A program made the translations under genes and the position numbers. Positions 16,647 to 25,856 of a stretch of 57,383 bases of DNA are shown here, piece by piece (positions within the stretch are counted from its first letter, which is position 1; every line of letters begins with the position of its first letter). The notes beneath the pieces are model-generated. The model was not told where the DNA came from and did no database searches. It worked only from the letters and a program-made list of their open reading frames with translations. Source of the stretch: a virus (lineage: Duplodnaviria; Caudoviricetes); the IMG/VR virus record IMGVR_UViG_3300032299_000921, positions 1-57,383 of that record. One strand, written 5' to 3'.

Positions 16647-16955
16647 TTAACTTCCTTTCTTCCATTTTTTACTTGGAGATGCAGTCTTGCTTGGAGCCCA
16701 TTTAGTTTTTGAGGCCCAATACGCAGCAGACATCTTGCCTTTTGCTATATTCTTTGCGTGACGAGACTCAAACGCTTCTCTCTGTCCTACCGTCTGGTTG
16801 GTCTTTACATTCTGCTGCCCAAAACGTATCGTCTTAATTTTTTCACCTTCCTTAGCCACTACAATGTGACTCTTCTTGGGATGTCCGGGGGTTGCCTTGG
16901 GTTTGTTAAAACCTGAGACCCCAGCTCTTTCTAATCTAGGATCCTTTTTTGCCAT
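16647..16955 (-). CDS. Basic conserved phage protein
   Basis: GFNKPKATPGHPKKSHIVVAK...IRFGQQ...FESRH...SAAYWA pattern. Confidence 0.75.
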   Translation of the reverse strand: MAKKDPRLERAGVSGFNKPKATPGHPKKSHIVVAKEGEKIKTIRFGQQNVKTNQTVGQREAFESRHAKNIAKGKMSAAYWASKTKWAPSKTASPSKKWKKGS

Positions 16956-17139
16956 TGGTGTATTTATCAATTACTGTATACCCTAATGAAAAAATGGTTA
17001 TGAACTCCACCGCTTCCACGAGTTGCGGAGTGTTATAATAAACCAAGCTACCAAAAAGAACCAAAGCCCCAACGATACCAACAAACCTTTTACTGCTAAA
17101 CTCACCTTTATCACCTTTAAAAATTTCACTTATTCTCAT
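16936..17139 (-). CDS. Putative holin (two TM segments)
   Basis: SSKRFVGIVGALVLFG and FITIFSLGY hydrophobic segments; basic C-terminus. Confidence 0.5.
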   Translation of the reverse strand: MRISEIFKGDKGEFSSKRFVGIVGALVLFGSLVYYNTPQLVEAVEFITIFSLGYTVIDKYTNGKKGS

Positions 17140-17320
17140 AAAAATACTTTTGAATCATTAAACTGTCGTTGAGTTTGTGTATTTCCTCAAGAACAACAGA
17201 GGCACTATCCGCAAGTTCCTCACTATGTTGAATTTCTTTTTCAACATCATCTTCAATTGTTGGTTCAATCGTAAGGGCCATAATTAAAATTAAAACGCCC
17301 AGTGACAAAAGATATTTCAT
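17126..17320 (-). CDS. Small membrane-anchored acidic coiled-coil protein
   Basis: N-terminal hydrophobic helix followed by an E/D-rich helix. Confidence 0.5.
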   Translation of the reverse strand: MKYLLSLGVLILIMALTIEPTIEDDVEKEIQHSEELADSASVVLEEIHKLNDSLMIQKYFYENK

Positions 17321-17574
17321 ATTTTACCTAGGTTTTTATAAATTGATATTTCGGTAATCAACGCAGAACAAAGAGAGTCTTGTGTTTTTAACATTTTAGA
17401 CATTCTCTCTAGTTTCACCTCGCACAACTCTAATCGCTTTTCACAACGATCATTAATGGCTTTACTTTGACGTTCTGCTCTAATGTATAGCACGCTCACA
17501 ACAATCAGCATCAAAAACGTTATTGCTTTTGTTGGATCTGATTTAAATTGTTCAAAGTCTATAGGTAGTTTCAT
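17317..17574 (-). CDS. Single-TM coiled-coil protein (holin/antiholin-like candidate)
   Basis: AITFLMLIVVSVLYI TM followed by a Cys-containing coiled coil. Confidence 0.5.
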   Translation of the reverse strand: MKLPIDFEQFKSDPTKAITFLMLIVVSVLYIRAERQSKAINDRCEKRLELCEVKLERMSKMLKTQDSLCSALITEISIYKNLGKI

Positions 17575-17578
17575 GTTT

Positions 17579-18514
17579 TTAACCATAAAAAGAAGTTTTG
17601 TAATTAGATATTGTATTTAAATGAGATCCCAAATAGGATCTATAAAAAATTAATTCTTGTACTTTGATTTCCGAATAGGAATTTGATTTTGCAATACTTA
17701 TAGGGCTTTGAAAATTTAAGTCTAAAGTTGTTCCTGATGAAGCAATTGTTCCTCCATTTACACTTAAATAAACATTAAAATTATTGTATCCACAAAAAGA
17801 TAATATTTGAGTATTTGGAGTAATTGATCTAGTAACTTCAAAACCACTATCGTCTTGGTCATAACCATCAAATTGAATAACGTTAGGGGTAAACGAAGGT
17901 AGAGTTGTTCTTAAACCAAGTGTAGTATTTGTTCCATCGCTCCATACAGCATCATTATTAATAGTACTACCCGCAGTTGTTATTACTACAGGATTAAATA
18001 TGGCAATACTTGTAAAAGAACTAGTTTGAACAACAGCATTTGATACTGATAGAAAATCATCAATTCCATCAAACGAAATGGCAGGTTTTGAATTTTGAGT
18101 AATAAGTGTTCCAGCACTAACTATTTTTGGCTGACTTCCAGGGGTCGTTTGAGTATAGTTTCTAGAATTTCCACTTTGATCATACCAAGTTCTAATAAAT
18201 GCATCTCCTGATCCAGCAAATGTAAGTAAACTCGCAGTATCAATCACATTATTAACAAAACCAATATTTGTAGTGGTATTATCCGATGATCTTCTTACTT
18301 CAATACAATTACCAGCATATGTGCTTTTTGTTTTATTTAATGAATAAGCACCACTAGAATCAGCATTACTAGCCGTTTTTAATAAATCAACCAATCCAGT
18401 AAAAGCCGGAGGAGGGGCAGCATTGGTCCAAATTTCAGTACTTCCTAAGTAAACTTTTTGAACTTGAGTTGAGCCCAACTTTACGCTATTTACAGTAGTT
18501 GATCCTAATTTCAT
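17579..18514 (-). CDS. Tail fibre tip / receptor-binding protein with ConA/arabinofuranosidase-B-like domain
   Basis: N-terminal triple (K/Y)LGST repeat ending VYLGSTEIW; AYSL...VRRSSDN...WYDQSGN...FDGIDD. Confidence 0.7.
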   Translation of the reverse strand: MKLGSTTVNSVKLGSTQVQKVYLGSTEIWTNAAPPPAFTGLVDLLKTASNADSSGAYSLNKTKSTYAGNCIEVRRSSDNTTTNIGFVNNVIDTASLLTFAGSGDAFIRTWYDQSGNSRNYTQTTPGSQPKIVSAGTLITQNSKPAISFDGIDDFLSVSNAVVQTSSFTSIAIFNPVVITTAGSTINNDAVWSDGTNTTLGLRTTLPSFTPNVIQFDGYDQDDSGFEVTRSITPNTQILSFCGYNNFNVYLSVNGGTIASSGTTLDLNFQSPISIAKSNSYSEIKVQELIFYRSYLGSHLNTISNYKTSFYG

Positions 18515-19140
18515 ATAACAAAATATAAAGTATTAGAATCTTTTGTCAAAGCTTCATATTCAGCCTGACTCAACGCAACAAGATTGAAAATGTTTTTATT
18601 TGAACCAGCTGGATAGGTTGTATTATATTTTTGTATTTTAGTATCTATTTGTGTTTGAATTGGGTTGTTTACTCCGTTCAAATATTGAAACTCCACATCA
18701 CTTACCGTGCCGTTAGCCAATTTCGCAGCGTCAATCCCTGTGCCTAATTTAGCATTACTTACAACACCGTTGTCAATAGTCCAAGTTGCTCCGCTACCTG
18801 ATACGGTTATATCTCCTTTGTCACCATCAGATATGCCTCCACCTCCGCTATATTGAGGTATATTAAGAGTATTATTAACTAACGTTGCAGCACCGCTTGA
18901 TCCAGTTGTGGTTAATGTTAGGCTACCTTGTTTCTGAGTTAATGCATTTTGTGTAGCTGTTGATATTGGTTTATCAGCATCACTCGTGTTATTTACGTTA
19001 TTTAAAGACATTGCTGTCTTTAAACCAGAAGGGGTTATTTTTTTAGTAACCGTCTCACTTACATCTTCTATTATAATTAAATCATTAGTAGAATCGGTTG
19101 CGACCATTGCTGGTAAATTTATTATAAGTGAATCTGGCAT
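18511..19140 (-). CDS. Tail fibre adaptor/shaft protein
   Basis: [36 protein letters not shown]-terminal [17 protein letters not shown]. Confidence 0.7.
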   Translation of the reverse strand: MPDSLIINLPAMVATDSTNDLIIIEDVSETVTKKITPSGLKTAMSLNNVNNTSDADKPISTATQNALTQKQGSLTLTTTGSSGAATLVNNTLNIPQYSGGGGISDGDKGDITVSGSGATWTIDNGVVSNAKLGTGIDAAKLANGTVSDVEFQYLNGVNNPIQTQIDTKIQKYNTTYPAGSNKNIFNLVALSQAEYEALTKDSNTLYFVI

Positions 19141-19145
19141 ATTTT

Positions 19146-19153
19146 CAAATTTA
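19146..19153 (-). promoter_or_regulatory. Bacteroidota -7 promoter box TAAATTTG
   Basis: 5 nt upstream of ATG 19140. Confidence 0.6.
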
Positions 19154-19192
19154 CTAATATTTTTTTGTTTTTACAAGTCAGAGAATATTGGC

Positions 19193-19417
19193 TTACGACT
19201 CGTTTTCCTCTTCTTCCGATGGTGGAAATGGGGTGAATTCGCCTCTTTCAAGTTCATTTAACTTTGGCCAAATTTCCCTAAATGGTTCATATTCCAAGAT
19301 ACTCAAATCTGCAAAGTGTTTGCCTGATCCGTCCACAGCAAATTCTAAACAAAAAATTCCCTTTTTGTATCCGTTGAGGTCTTGAAATTGTTGTTCGTTT
19401 GGTATTAGTACAGTCAT
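19193..19417 (-). CDS. Small acidic protein, possible fibre chaperone
   Basis: 74-aa ORF directly after a fibre-tip gene. Confidence 0.5.
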   Translation of the reverse strand: MTVLIPNEQQFQDLNGYKKGIFCLEFAVDGSGKHFADLSILEYEPFREIWPKLNELERGEFTPFPPSEEEENES

Positions 19418-19418
19418 A

Positions 19419-20222
19419 TTATTTGTTTGTCATGTATGAATCTAAAGAATTGAATAAAGTTGAATGATTTGCTTCAATATTTGCACCAAACCCAAAGATA
19501 GGAGCAACAAGTCCAGTAGAGCCATATGTAAGTAAAGATCTATATAATGTTACAGGGTTTGTTGTATTTGGGGCGGCACTTAGTATACTTTGTGTAGATC
19601 GAACTGATAAGTTGTCGTAATACTTTTGAGAATTTGAAGCTAGACTATAACTTGTTTTCAATCCTGTACCTCTAAAATCAATCGTTACACTTGTATTTGC
19701 GTTTGTCATCATACGCTGATTGTTGTTGTTGGCATTTAAAATTCTAAGAGTAGTTGGATTACCAGAATTACCAAGAATAGTTGCTCCTAGTACTGCGGTA
19801 CTAACCCAAACAAAAGCCGTTGCGTTTGTTGTTCTTAATTTTTGAGGGGCTGCGTTTGTAAATACAAAACCTGTATTCATAAAAGCTTGACCAGAAGCAT
19901 TGGCCGTCCAACCGATGTTAGAGGTAAACGAAGGTGGAGGTGAACCAGTAGGAATTAAATTATTTACTCCGGGATTAATCCAATTTATTGTCGAAAATTC
20001 CTGACTACCATTAGTTGCCGTAACGTAAAGTGTATCCAATTGAGAGAATATTCCAGAGTTGACAAAAGATGTCATCAATGTATTTTGTACAGACCTTTGT
20101 GCTAATGTTGGTAATCCCCAACCTTGAGTTGTTGCATAGTCTAAAACCGCTTGGTATTGGGCTACGTAAGCACTAGTGGCTGCTGTTATACTTTGTATTA
20201 TTCCGTGTGTTGCTAATATCAT
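19419..20222 (-). CDS. Putative fibre tip / lectin-like virion protein
   Basis: T/N/S-rich beta protein with MILATHGII N-terminus, following a GDL-ending fibre gene. Confidence 0.55.
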   Translation of the reverse strand: MILATHGIIQSITAATSAYVAQYQAVLDYATTQGWGLPTLAQRSVQNTLMTSFVNSGIFSQLDTLYVTATNGSQEFSTINWINPGVNNLIPTGSPPPSFTSNIGWTANASGQAFMNTGFVFTNAAPQKLRTTNATAFVWVSTAVLGATILGNSGNPTTLRILNANNNNQRMMTNANTSVTIDFRGTGLKTSYSLASNSQKYYDNLSVRSTQSILSAAPNTTNPVTLYRSLLTYGSTGLVAPIFGFGANIEANHSTLFNSLDSYMTNK

Positions 20223-20243
20223 GCTACTATATCTCCAAATAGA

Positions 20244-20966
20244 TTACGAAACCAAGTCGCCAAAACAATACCATTCATTTTGCGCTATCTTTATTAAAGT
20301 AGCACCGCTGTATCGTGTGTTTAATTTTCTTTTATTTCCGTTACTGCGAACATCAACTCCAGTAGTTGGTGTTATTATAGTCTGCCCACTTCCGTATTGA
20401 GCTACTAGGATCTGAGTCCCAATCGGAAATGCAACAGATGAGTTTAAAGGTATAACAATTTCATTTTGGTTAGAATTATTCATTTCGACTAACTTATCAG
20501 CATCACTCAAAACGAGAGGATAAGTTGTTCCCGTCTGACGATTGGTTGTAATTAATTTAGTTGTCTTGGTGTCAACTTGCGTTTGAACCGCACTTGTAAC
20601 TCCGCTTACATAACCTAATTCAGTAGATGTAACTGAAGAAACCGCAACCTTACCGCTTCCATCAGAAACTAACGCCCTTGAGGCTGTTAAATTTTCGGTG
20701 TCAATGGTTGTTGCTGCTCCTGTTATGGTTGCTTGTTTAGCGTCTAAAGCACTCTGTAAATCGGTTTGGCTTGATAATGTTCCTGTTATTGATCCCCAAG
20801 TTGCAGCACTCGACCCTCCCCCTAAATCAATATTTCCAAGATCACTAATAATTCTTCTGATTCTTACTTCCTCGTCCTTGTATTTTTTGTCACGAGTTCT
20901 TTGAAACAACCTTAATAAATCATTTGCCTGTTTTGTTAATTCTTGTATGGTAATTTCAAATGCCAT
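20244..20966 (-). CDS. Tail fibre shaft/adaptor protein
   Basis: WGSITGTLSSQTDL, RALVSDGSGKV, VAFPIGTQI...ATLIK...WYCFGDL. Confidence 0.7.
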   Translation of the reverse strand: MAFEITIQELTKQANDLLRLFQRTRDKKYKDEEVRIRRIISDLGNIDLGGGSSAATWGSITGTLSSQTDLQSALDAKQATITGAATTIDTENLTASRALVSDGSGKVAVSSVTSTELGYVSGVTSAVQTQVDTKTTKLITTNRQTGTTYPLVLSDADKLVEMNNSNQNEIVIPLNSSVAFPIGTQILVAQYGSGQTIITPTTGVDVRSNGNKRKLNTRYSGATLIKIAQNEWYCFGDLVS

Positions 20967-21553
20967 TAAATTATATCTTTACTTTCGATAAGAGTATAGG
21001 TAAAAGAGTTTCCGTGAATCTTTGCCGCTTGCTTACAGATTTTCATAAATACATCGAAATCCATAACACGCTTAAACACTTGGCATCCGTGAGACCAATG
21101 ATCAACCCAAGTAGAATCACGACCTGCCTTATGTATATTTATACCATCAGCATATGAATCTGTAATTTTATTCTCGTCATACTCTAAATCTTTATCCGCA
21201 TCACGATAAAGTTTAATGTGTCCCTTTTGACGAAGTGCTTCGTATTTACCTTGATGTAGTCCAATCGTGTGAGACCCAGAGTATTGCCCTGGAACCACAC
21301 GAGCAGTTCCTGTTCCTTTATTACCCAAAAGCATTGGTGCTTTACCTGGATCAGTCGTAGCGGACCAACAGAAAAATTTCCATACACCATTTTCTTTATA
21401 GGAAATAGTCAACCAATCGTCAAACATATTGGTTACTTTCTTTCCAGGCGTACTATTACGAATACCAATGATATTTACGTTATACTCTCCGTTCTCGAAG
21501 TATCTATAACCTTTGGCTTCTACAGCCTTTTCAATTTGCTCTCTTGTAAACAT
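20966..21553 (-). CDS. Putative endolysin (L,D-transpeptidase/YkuD-like His-Cys peptidase)
   Basis: NIIGIR, ATTDPG, GINIHKAG...WSHGCQV (HxxG...SxGC); likely start MFTREQ at 21553. Confidence 0.75.
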   Translation of the reverse strand: MFTREQIEKAVEAKGYRYFENGEYNVNIIGIRNSTPGKKVTNMFDDWLTISYKENGVWKFFCWSATTDPGKAPMLLGNKGTGTARVVPGQYSGSHTIGLHQGKYEALRQKGHIKLYRDADKDLEYDENKITDSYADGINIHKAGRDSTWVDHWSHGCQVFKRVMDFDVFMKICKQAAKIHGNSFTYTLIESKDII

Positions 21554-21564
21554 TATAATAAATT

Positions 21565-22617
21565 TTAAGTAGAACTTGATAAACCACCAGCTAACATATA
21601 AACATTTGATCCAACACAATACAACTCTAAAGCCTTTCCTCTTGCGTTGGATGCTGTAAACGCTGGATTTAGGAAAACAGTAGCAGGACTAACTGAGAAT
21701 GGATTGAATGTTGTATTTGTGATTGAGTTACTACTACTATCATATGAATAATTTAAAGTAACACCAGAGGGGACTTCGATTGTAAAAGAATTGTTAGTGG
21801 TAGTATTTATAAAAATCATAAGAGTTTGCCCCGGTAAAAAGGAATTACTGCTGCTAGGTAATTGAATATTTACCGTACCGCTACTATTTGCAATAACTAA
21901 AAAAGTATCGACATCGCTACTTGTTAAGGCACGATTTCCACTTGATGTTATTGTGTTTACTGTTTTGGTTTTTGTAGCAATTTCCGATGGTAGTCTATTA
22001 ACATTAAGTGTTCCACTAGTTATATTGCTTGCATTTGTGGTATCTACGTTTGGAACATTACTTAATCCTATGTTGTTTTTGTTTGGGGCACTAAAAACTA
22101 GAAACCCGTCAATGTCTTGTGTAAGGTAATATCCAATAGACGAATTTGGTAAGGTGTTTTGTTTTGTACCGGCCAAAGTATCCACATAATTTTTTACAGC
22201 CCCTTCGCTTGGGTACTCGTCATTAGATGATCCGTTTATTGTTGTTACCTTATTTGATAAATTTTCTTTTGCTGCTAGCTGTGTTACCAAATCGATAATG
22301 TTTTCTATTCTGATGTTGGTTATGTTTTCTCCGCTGAACGCTGGGTACTTACCTTGAGAATCTAAAACCAATATTCCGTTTGCTGCATTTGTGACATTTC
22401 CCAACAAAGTAACAAGGTTAGACAATCGAGCATCACTAAGAGTACCTTCAGTCAAGGCAGACGCATCTAGTCCCTCAATGTCCCCCTGTAAACTAGAAAA
22501 TTTTATTTTAAAGGTTTTATTTGTTGTAACGTCATACACAATAAAAAAATCGTCTGGAGAAATCGTTTCCTTCTCTTCAAACTCACTTATTCTTTTTGGT
22601 TTAAAAAGTAGTCTCAT
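21565..22617 (-). CDS. Tail fibre protein (paralogue B)
   Basis: YPSEGAVKNYVD, GLSNVPNVDTTNASNITSGTL; S/T/N-rich. Confidence 0.7.
   Translation of the reverse strand: MRLLFKPKRISEFEEKETISPDDFFIVYDVTTNKTFKIKFSSLQGDIEGLDASALTEGTLSDARLSNLVTLLGNVTNAANGILVLDSQGKYPAFSGENITNIRIENIIDLVTQLAAKENLSNKVTTINGSSNDEYPSEGAVKNYVDTLAGTKQNTLPNSSIGYYLTQDIDGFLVFSAPNKNNIGLSNVPNVDTTNASNITSGTLNVNRLPSEIATKTKTVNTITSSGNRALTSSDVDTFLVIANSSGTVNIQLPSSSNSFLPGQTLMIFINTTTNNSFTIEVPSGVTLNYSYDSSSNSITNTTFNPFSVSPATVFLNPAFTASNARGKALELYCVGSNVYMLAGGLSSST
22004..22045. repeat. 42-nt direct repeat, copy 1 (copy 2 at 23485-23526)
   Basis: ttaagtgttccactagttatattRcttgSatttgtggtatct; 40/42 identical between the two fibre paralogues. Confidence 0.85.
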
Positions 22618-22619
22618 AA

Positions 22620-24107
22620 TTAAACTGCTGCGTTATTAATGTTTCCGTGTAATACATAAGTTGTCAATGAACTTGTTGCCTCAATGCAACTAACTTTATA
22701 TGTTCTGTGTCTTCTACCATTGTTCGTTGCTTGAATTCCGTTAGGATAATTTCCTGGAAAAGTAAAGGTAGAACTTGCCCCTACTGCAATTGTTTTATCT
22801 TCATGTGATAAAATCAAATTAACATTGGCCCCGGTAGTAAGAGAAACAATTCCGTTTGGACCTTGAACCGATGTGTGTATATAAAAAGTATCACCAGGTC
22901 TAGGTAATAATGAACTCGATCCGTTTGCATTATGTTCCAATTCAAATTGTACCGTATTCTCGGTGACGGTCGGGTTAGTATATGATGATGTTGTATAACT
23001 AAGATAAAACGAAGTGTAACCTTCCAAAGTCATCGGAGTACCAGATAAATAATTAAAATCTAAAAATTGATTATACGCTCCTGTTGTCGTGGGAACAATT
23101 TTTACAGGCGTTTGACCAAGAGGAACAATTGTATACAGCTCAAAAGTGTCTTTGTCTATTACGGTGACTTTATATGCTACACCATTGCTCATACCTGTTA
23201 TTGTTGTAAAGGAAGGAACACTAGCAGAAGCACTTCCACCAGCATGATATTTACAAGTATCATTGTTGGTAATACCGTGATCTATTGAAATAAATCTTTG
23301 GTTTGTTGTATCTACAGAAAAATATATAATTTTTTTAATTTGACTCTGACCCTTTAGTGTAATTTTATTAAAATTTGAACCATAATTTCCAAAAGCAGAA
23401 TTAAATCGATAATAAAAATATAAATCATCCAAAAAAAGTGTATTCTTTATCCTTCTTGGGGTTTCTGGAGAAATTCTTCCTCCGTTAAGTGTTCCACTAG
23501 TTATATTACTTGGATTTGTGGTATCTGTGTTTTGAACGTTTCCAAGTCCCCAAAAAGATTTAGTATTTTCTATCCATCCTTGTCCACCAGAAACACGACC
23601 AAAGATATAAAATTTTCCATCGGTTGGGTATAGTGGTAAATTTGGCTCTTTGTTAGCAAAGACATTGTCTACATATGTTTTTACAGCTCCCTCACTAGGA
23701 TAAGAAATATCGGAATTATCATTTATTACGGTTACTTTATTTGAAATATTTTCTTCTAGGTTAATATTTGTTGACAAATTAGTAACATTTGCTATATTAA
23801 TATTCTCTATTTTTTCTCCATTTATTGCTGGGTATTTACTACTTGCAGTAAGTAAAACAGGAGAGTTTGAACTATTTACCCCCCTTCCTAATTTTGTAAC
23901 ATTGGAAGATAGCCTATTGTTGTCCAGTGTTCCAGTGATAATACTAGAAGCATCGTTTGGTTGTAAAGAGGAACTATAAGTCGACAATTTTATTTTTTTG
24001 TTTTCGCCTTGTTGTTCTTCAGAAAAATCAACAATAGTAAGTAAGTCTTCCTGTATAGGAGTGGAGTATTCCTCTAAGTTTTTTATATTTTTTCTTTTTT
24101 TACTCAT
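22620..24107 (-). CDS. Tail fibre protein (paralogue A)
   Basis: YPSEGAVKTYVD, GLGNVQNTDTTNPSNITSGTL; colinear with paralogue B over about 215 aa. Confidence 0.7.
   Translation of the reverse strand: MSKKRKNIKNLEEYSTPIQEDLLTIVDFSEEQQGENKKIKLSTYSSSLQPNDASSIITGTLDNNRLSSNVTKLGRGVNSSNSPVLLTASSKYPAINGEKIENINIANVTNLSTNINLEENISNKVTVINDNSDISYPSEGAVKTYVDNVFANKEPNLPLYPTDGKFYIFGRVSGGQGWIENTKSFWGLGNVQNTDTTNPSNITSGTLNGGRISPETPRRIKNTLFLDDLYFYYRFNSAFGNYGSNFNKITLKGQSQIKKIIYFSVDTTNQRFISIDHGITNNDTCKYHAGGSASASVPSFTTITGMSNGVAYKVTVIDKDTFELYTIVPLGQTPVKIVPTTTGAYNQFLDFNYLSGTPMTLEGYTSFYLSYTTSSYTNPTVTENTVQFELEHNANGSSSLLPRPGDTFYIHTSVQGPNGIVSLTTGANVNLILSHEDKTIAVGASSTFTFPGNYPNGIQATNNGRRHRTYKVSCIEATSSLTTYVLHGNINNAAV
23485..23526. 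repeat. 42-nt direct repeat, copy 2
   Basis: See 22004-22045. Confidence 0.85.
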
Positions 24108-24490
24108 AAAACAATAAACATTCCGTTTTGTTGGAGTATGAAGGCAGAGTTTTCGTCTATTAAGAATTCGGCATCATAAGCATAAATCAAAGAAATACCA
24201 AGATCGGTCAACATAAATTCTTCTATTTCTTCTTGTGTTATTGTCTGTGTTTCACAATTTCTAGAAAATCTATTGGCAATGCTTATTACCTTGTCTATAT
24301 TGCTATCTTCGTACTGATCTATATTTTCTAAACACCAAAGAATAAAAAGACCACGCTTTTGTTTTTCTTCATAAGAACTACAAGGCTGATCATATTTTTT
24401 AGCTGCTTGAACCTTAGTGTCAAGATCAACAATCGCCTTTCTTACAGCAAGATAAGTACCTAGATATTTATATAAGTCAGTATAAACCAT
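24104..24490 (-). CDS. Tail hub/fibre-docking-like structural protein
   Basis: Synteny; C-terminal FLIDENSAFILQQNGMFIVL hairpin motif. Confidence 0.5.
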   Translation of the reverse strand: MVYTDLYKYLGTYLAVRKAIVDLDTKVQAAKKYDQPCSSYEEKQKRGLFILWCLENIDQYEDSNIDKVISIANRFSRNCETQTITQEEIEEFMLTDLGISLIYAYDAEFLIDENSAFILQQNGMFIVL

Positions 24491-25839
24491 TAGCAATTAC
24501 ACCCTTTGATTGTTGGATAACAAGTTGTGAAATATTGATCGATATCTACATAGAGTTCGTTAGCCAAGACATATTCTCCACACTCGAATGCTTGAATTAT
24601 TCTGTCATATTGTAACTTAACTTCTTCGTATGTATTTCCATCTAAATCACCAAATACCAATTGAGCCATTCTATAGTTCAAATCGTTTAAACGCAACGCC
24701 CACTTTATGACAACATAGGTTACTCCTGATATTGTATAAGTAAAGGTATACTTCCAAACACCGTCTTCTAATTTTATTGTGGGGAAAATAGATGAAATGT
24801 CTGAAACTATATCATAAGCCCTATCTGAACTTGTTGCAAATGTTGTAGCAAAAATAGAGTTCGGATAGGCCAAATCAGAATAGGCAATGTTTGTTGGAGA
24901 CAAAATGCTCAATCGTATTTCTGTTATCTCGTTTCTATTCTGCTCAATTGGGGAAATACCATACGTTCCGGTAACTTCAAATTCATACTCTTGAATTTCA
25001 AATGGACTAATTGTTATCACCTCAGACTCACCAAAATTATCACTATTAACTAATGGGGTTATAGCCCCTCCTCCTTGTGTTAATGAAATCTGAAAAGTGT
25101 TTGGTGTACGATTTATTACGTAAACAATATTGTTAGAATTTAGTATAAACCCTGGATAAAACATAATCGGACCGTTAGTATTTGTAATTGATAACTTGGC
25201 CCCGTTTCTATATCCGTGATCAGTTTTTGTTATTGTTGTTGTTGTACAAGTTCCATTTGATCCACCTCCTCCTACAACAATTGTTTGTTGAGGATTTAAC
25301 AAGTCATAAACAGTGCCCACAGAATTCGCTATTTGAAATGTATTTGTGGTTATTGCTGCAACGTAAACGTCTGTATCTTGTGTTAAAGATGCAGTTATAT
25401 CTCTCCCGTCTTTGGCAAAGTATTTTAGTTTTTGTCCATTTACAAATCCGTGATTGGGTATTGTGATTACATCAGTTGTATTGTTTAAAGATAGTAAAAA
25501 CTTTTTGAGGTTTAAATCTATTATTGATGTTCCTGAAGAAGTTGAAGATAACTTAAATGAATTAGCATCCACTCTCACTATATAAACTTCTTGATTATCT
25601 ACTAGATTTGAACTAGGAGATTGACCATTCACCAAATCAAATTTTACCTTTTGTCCATTAAAGAAGCCGTGATCGGTTAAAGTAAAAGTATCAGTCTCTG
25701 AATTATAAGAAGCTATCGTTTTTGTTATGTTCGGAAACCACCCGGTAGGATTTGTAATCGCATTGTAATCGCCAGTCACCTCTGAAACTATTATTGCAGA
25801 TTTCTGGTTTATTACTTCTACTTTTATTTCTAGTGCCAT
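24490..25839 (-). CDS. Tail hub-like protein with three inserted HG(F/Y)xNGxK beta modules
   Basis: VTGDYNAITNPTGW N-terminus, EDGVWKYTFTY, Cys-rich C-terminus; three internal repeats. Confidence 0.6.
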   Translation of the reverse strand: MALEIKVEVINQKSAIIVSEVTGDYNAITNPTGWFPNITKTIASYNSETDTFTLTDHGFFNGQKVKFDLVNGQSPSSNLVDNQEVYIVRVDANSFKLSSTSSGTSIIDLNLKKFLLSLNNTTDVITIPNHGFVNGQKLKYFAKDGRDITASLTQDTDVYVAAITTNTFQIANSVGTVYDLLNPQQTIVVGGGGSNGTCTTTTITKTDHGYRNGAKLSITNTNGPIMFYPGFILNSNNIVYVINRTPNTFQISLTQGGGAITPLVNSDNFGESEVITISPFEIQEYEFEVTGTYGISPIEQNRNEITEIRLSILSPTNIAYSDLAYPNSIFATTFATSSDRAYDIVSDISSIFPTIKLEDGVWKYTFTYTISGVTYVVIKWALRLNDLNYRMAQLVFGDLDGNTYEEVKLQYDRIIQAFECGEYVLANELYVDIDQYFTTCYPTIKGCNC

Positions 25840-25843
25840 AACT

Positions 25844-25851
25844 CAAATTTA
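25844..25851 (-). promoter_or_regulatory. Bacteroidota -7 promoter box TAAATTTG
   Basis: 4 nt upstream of ATG 25839. Confidence 0.65.
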
Positions 25852-25856
25852 CAAAA

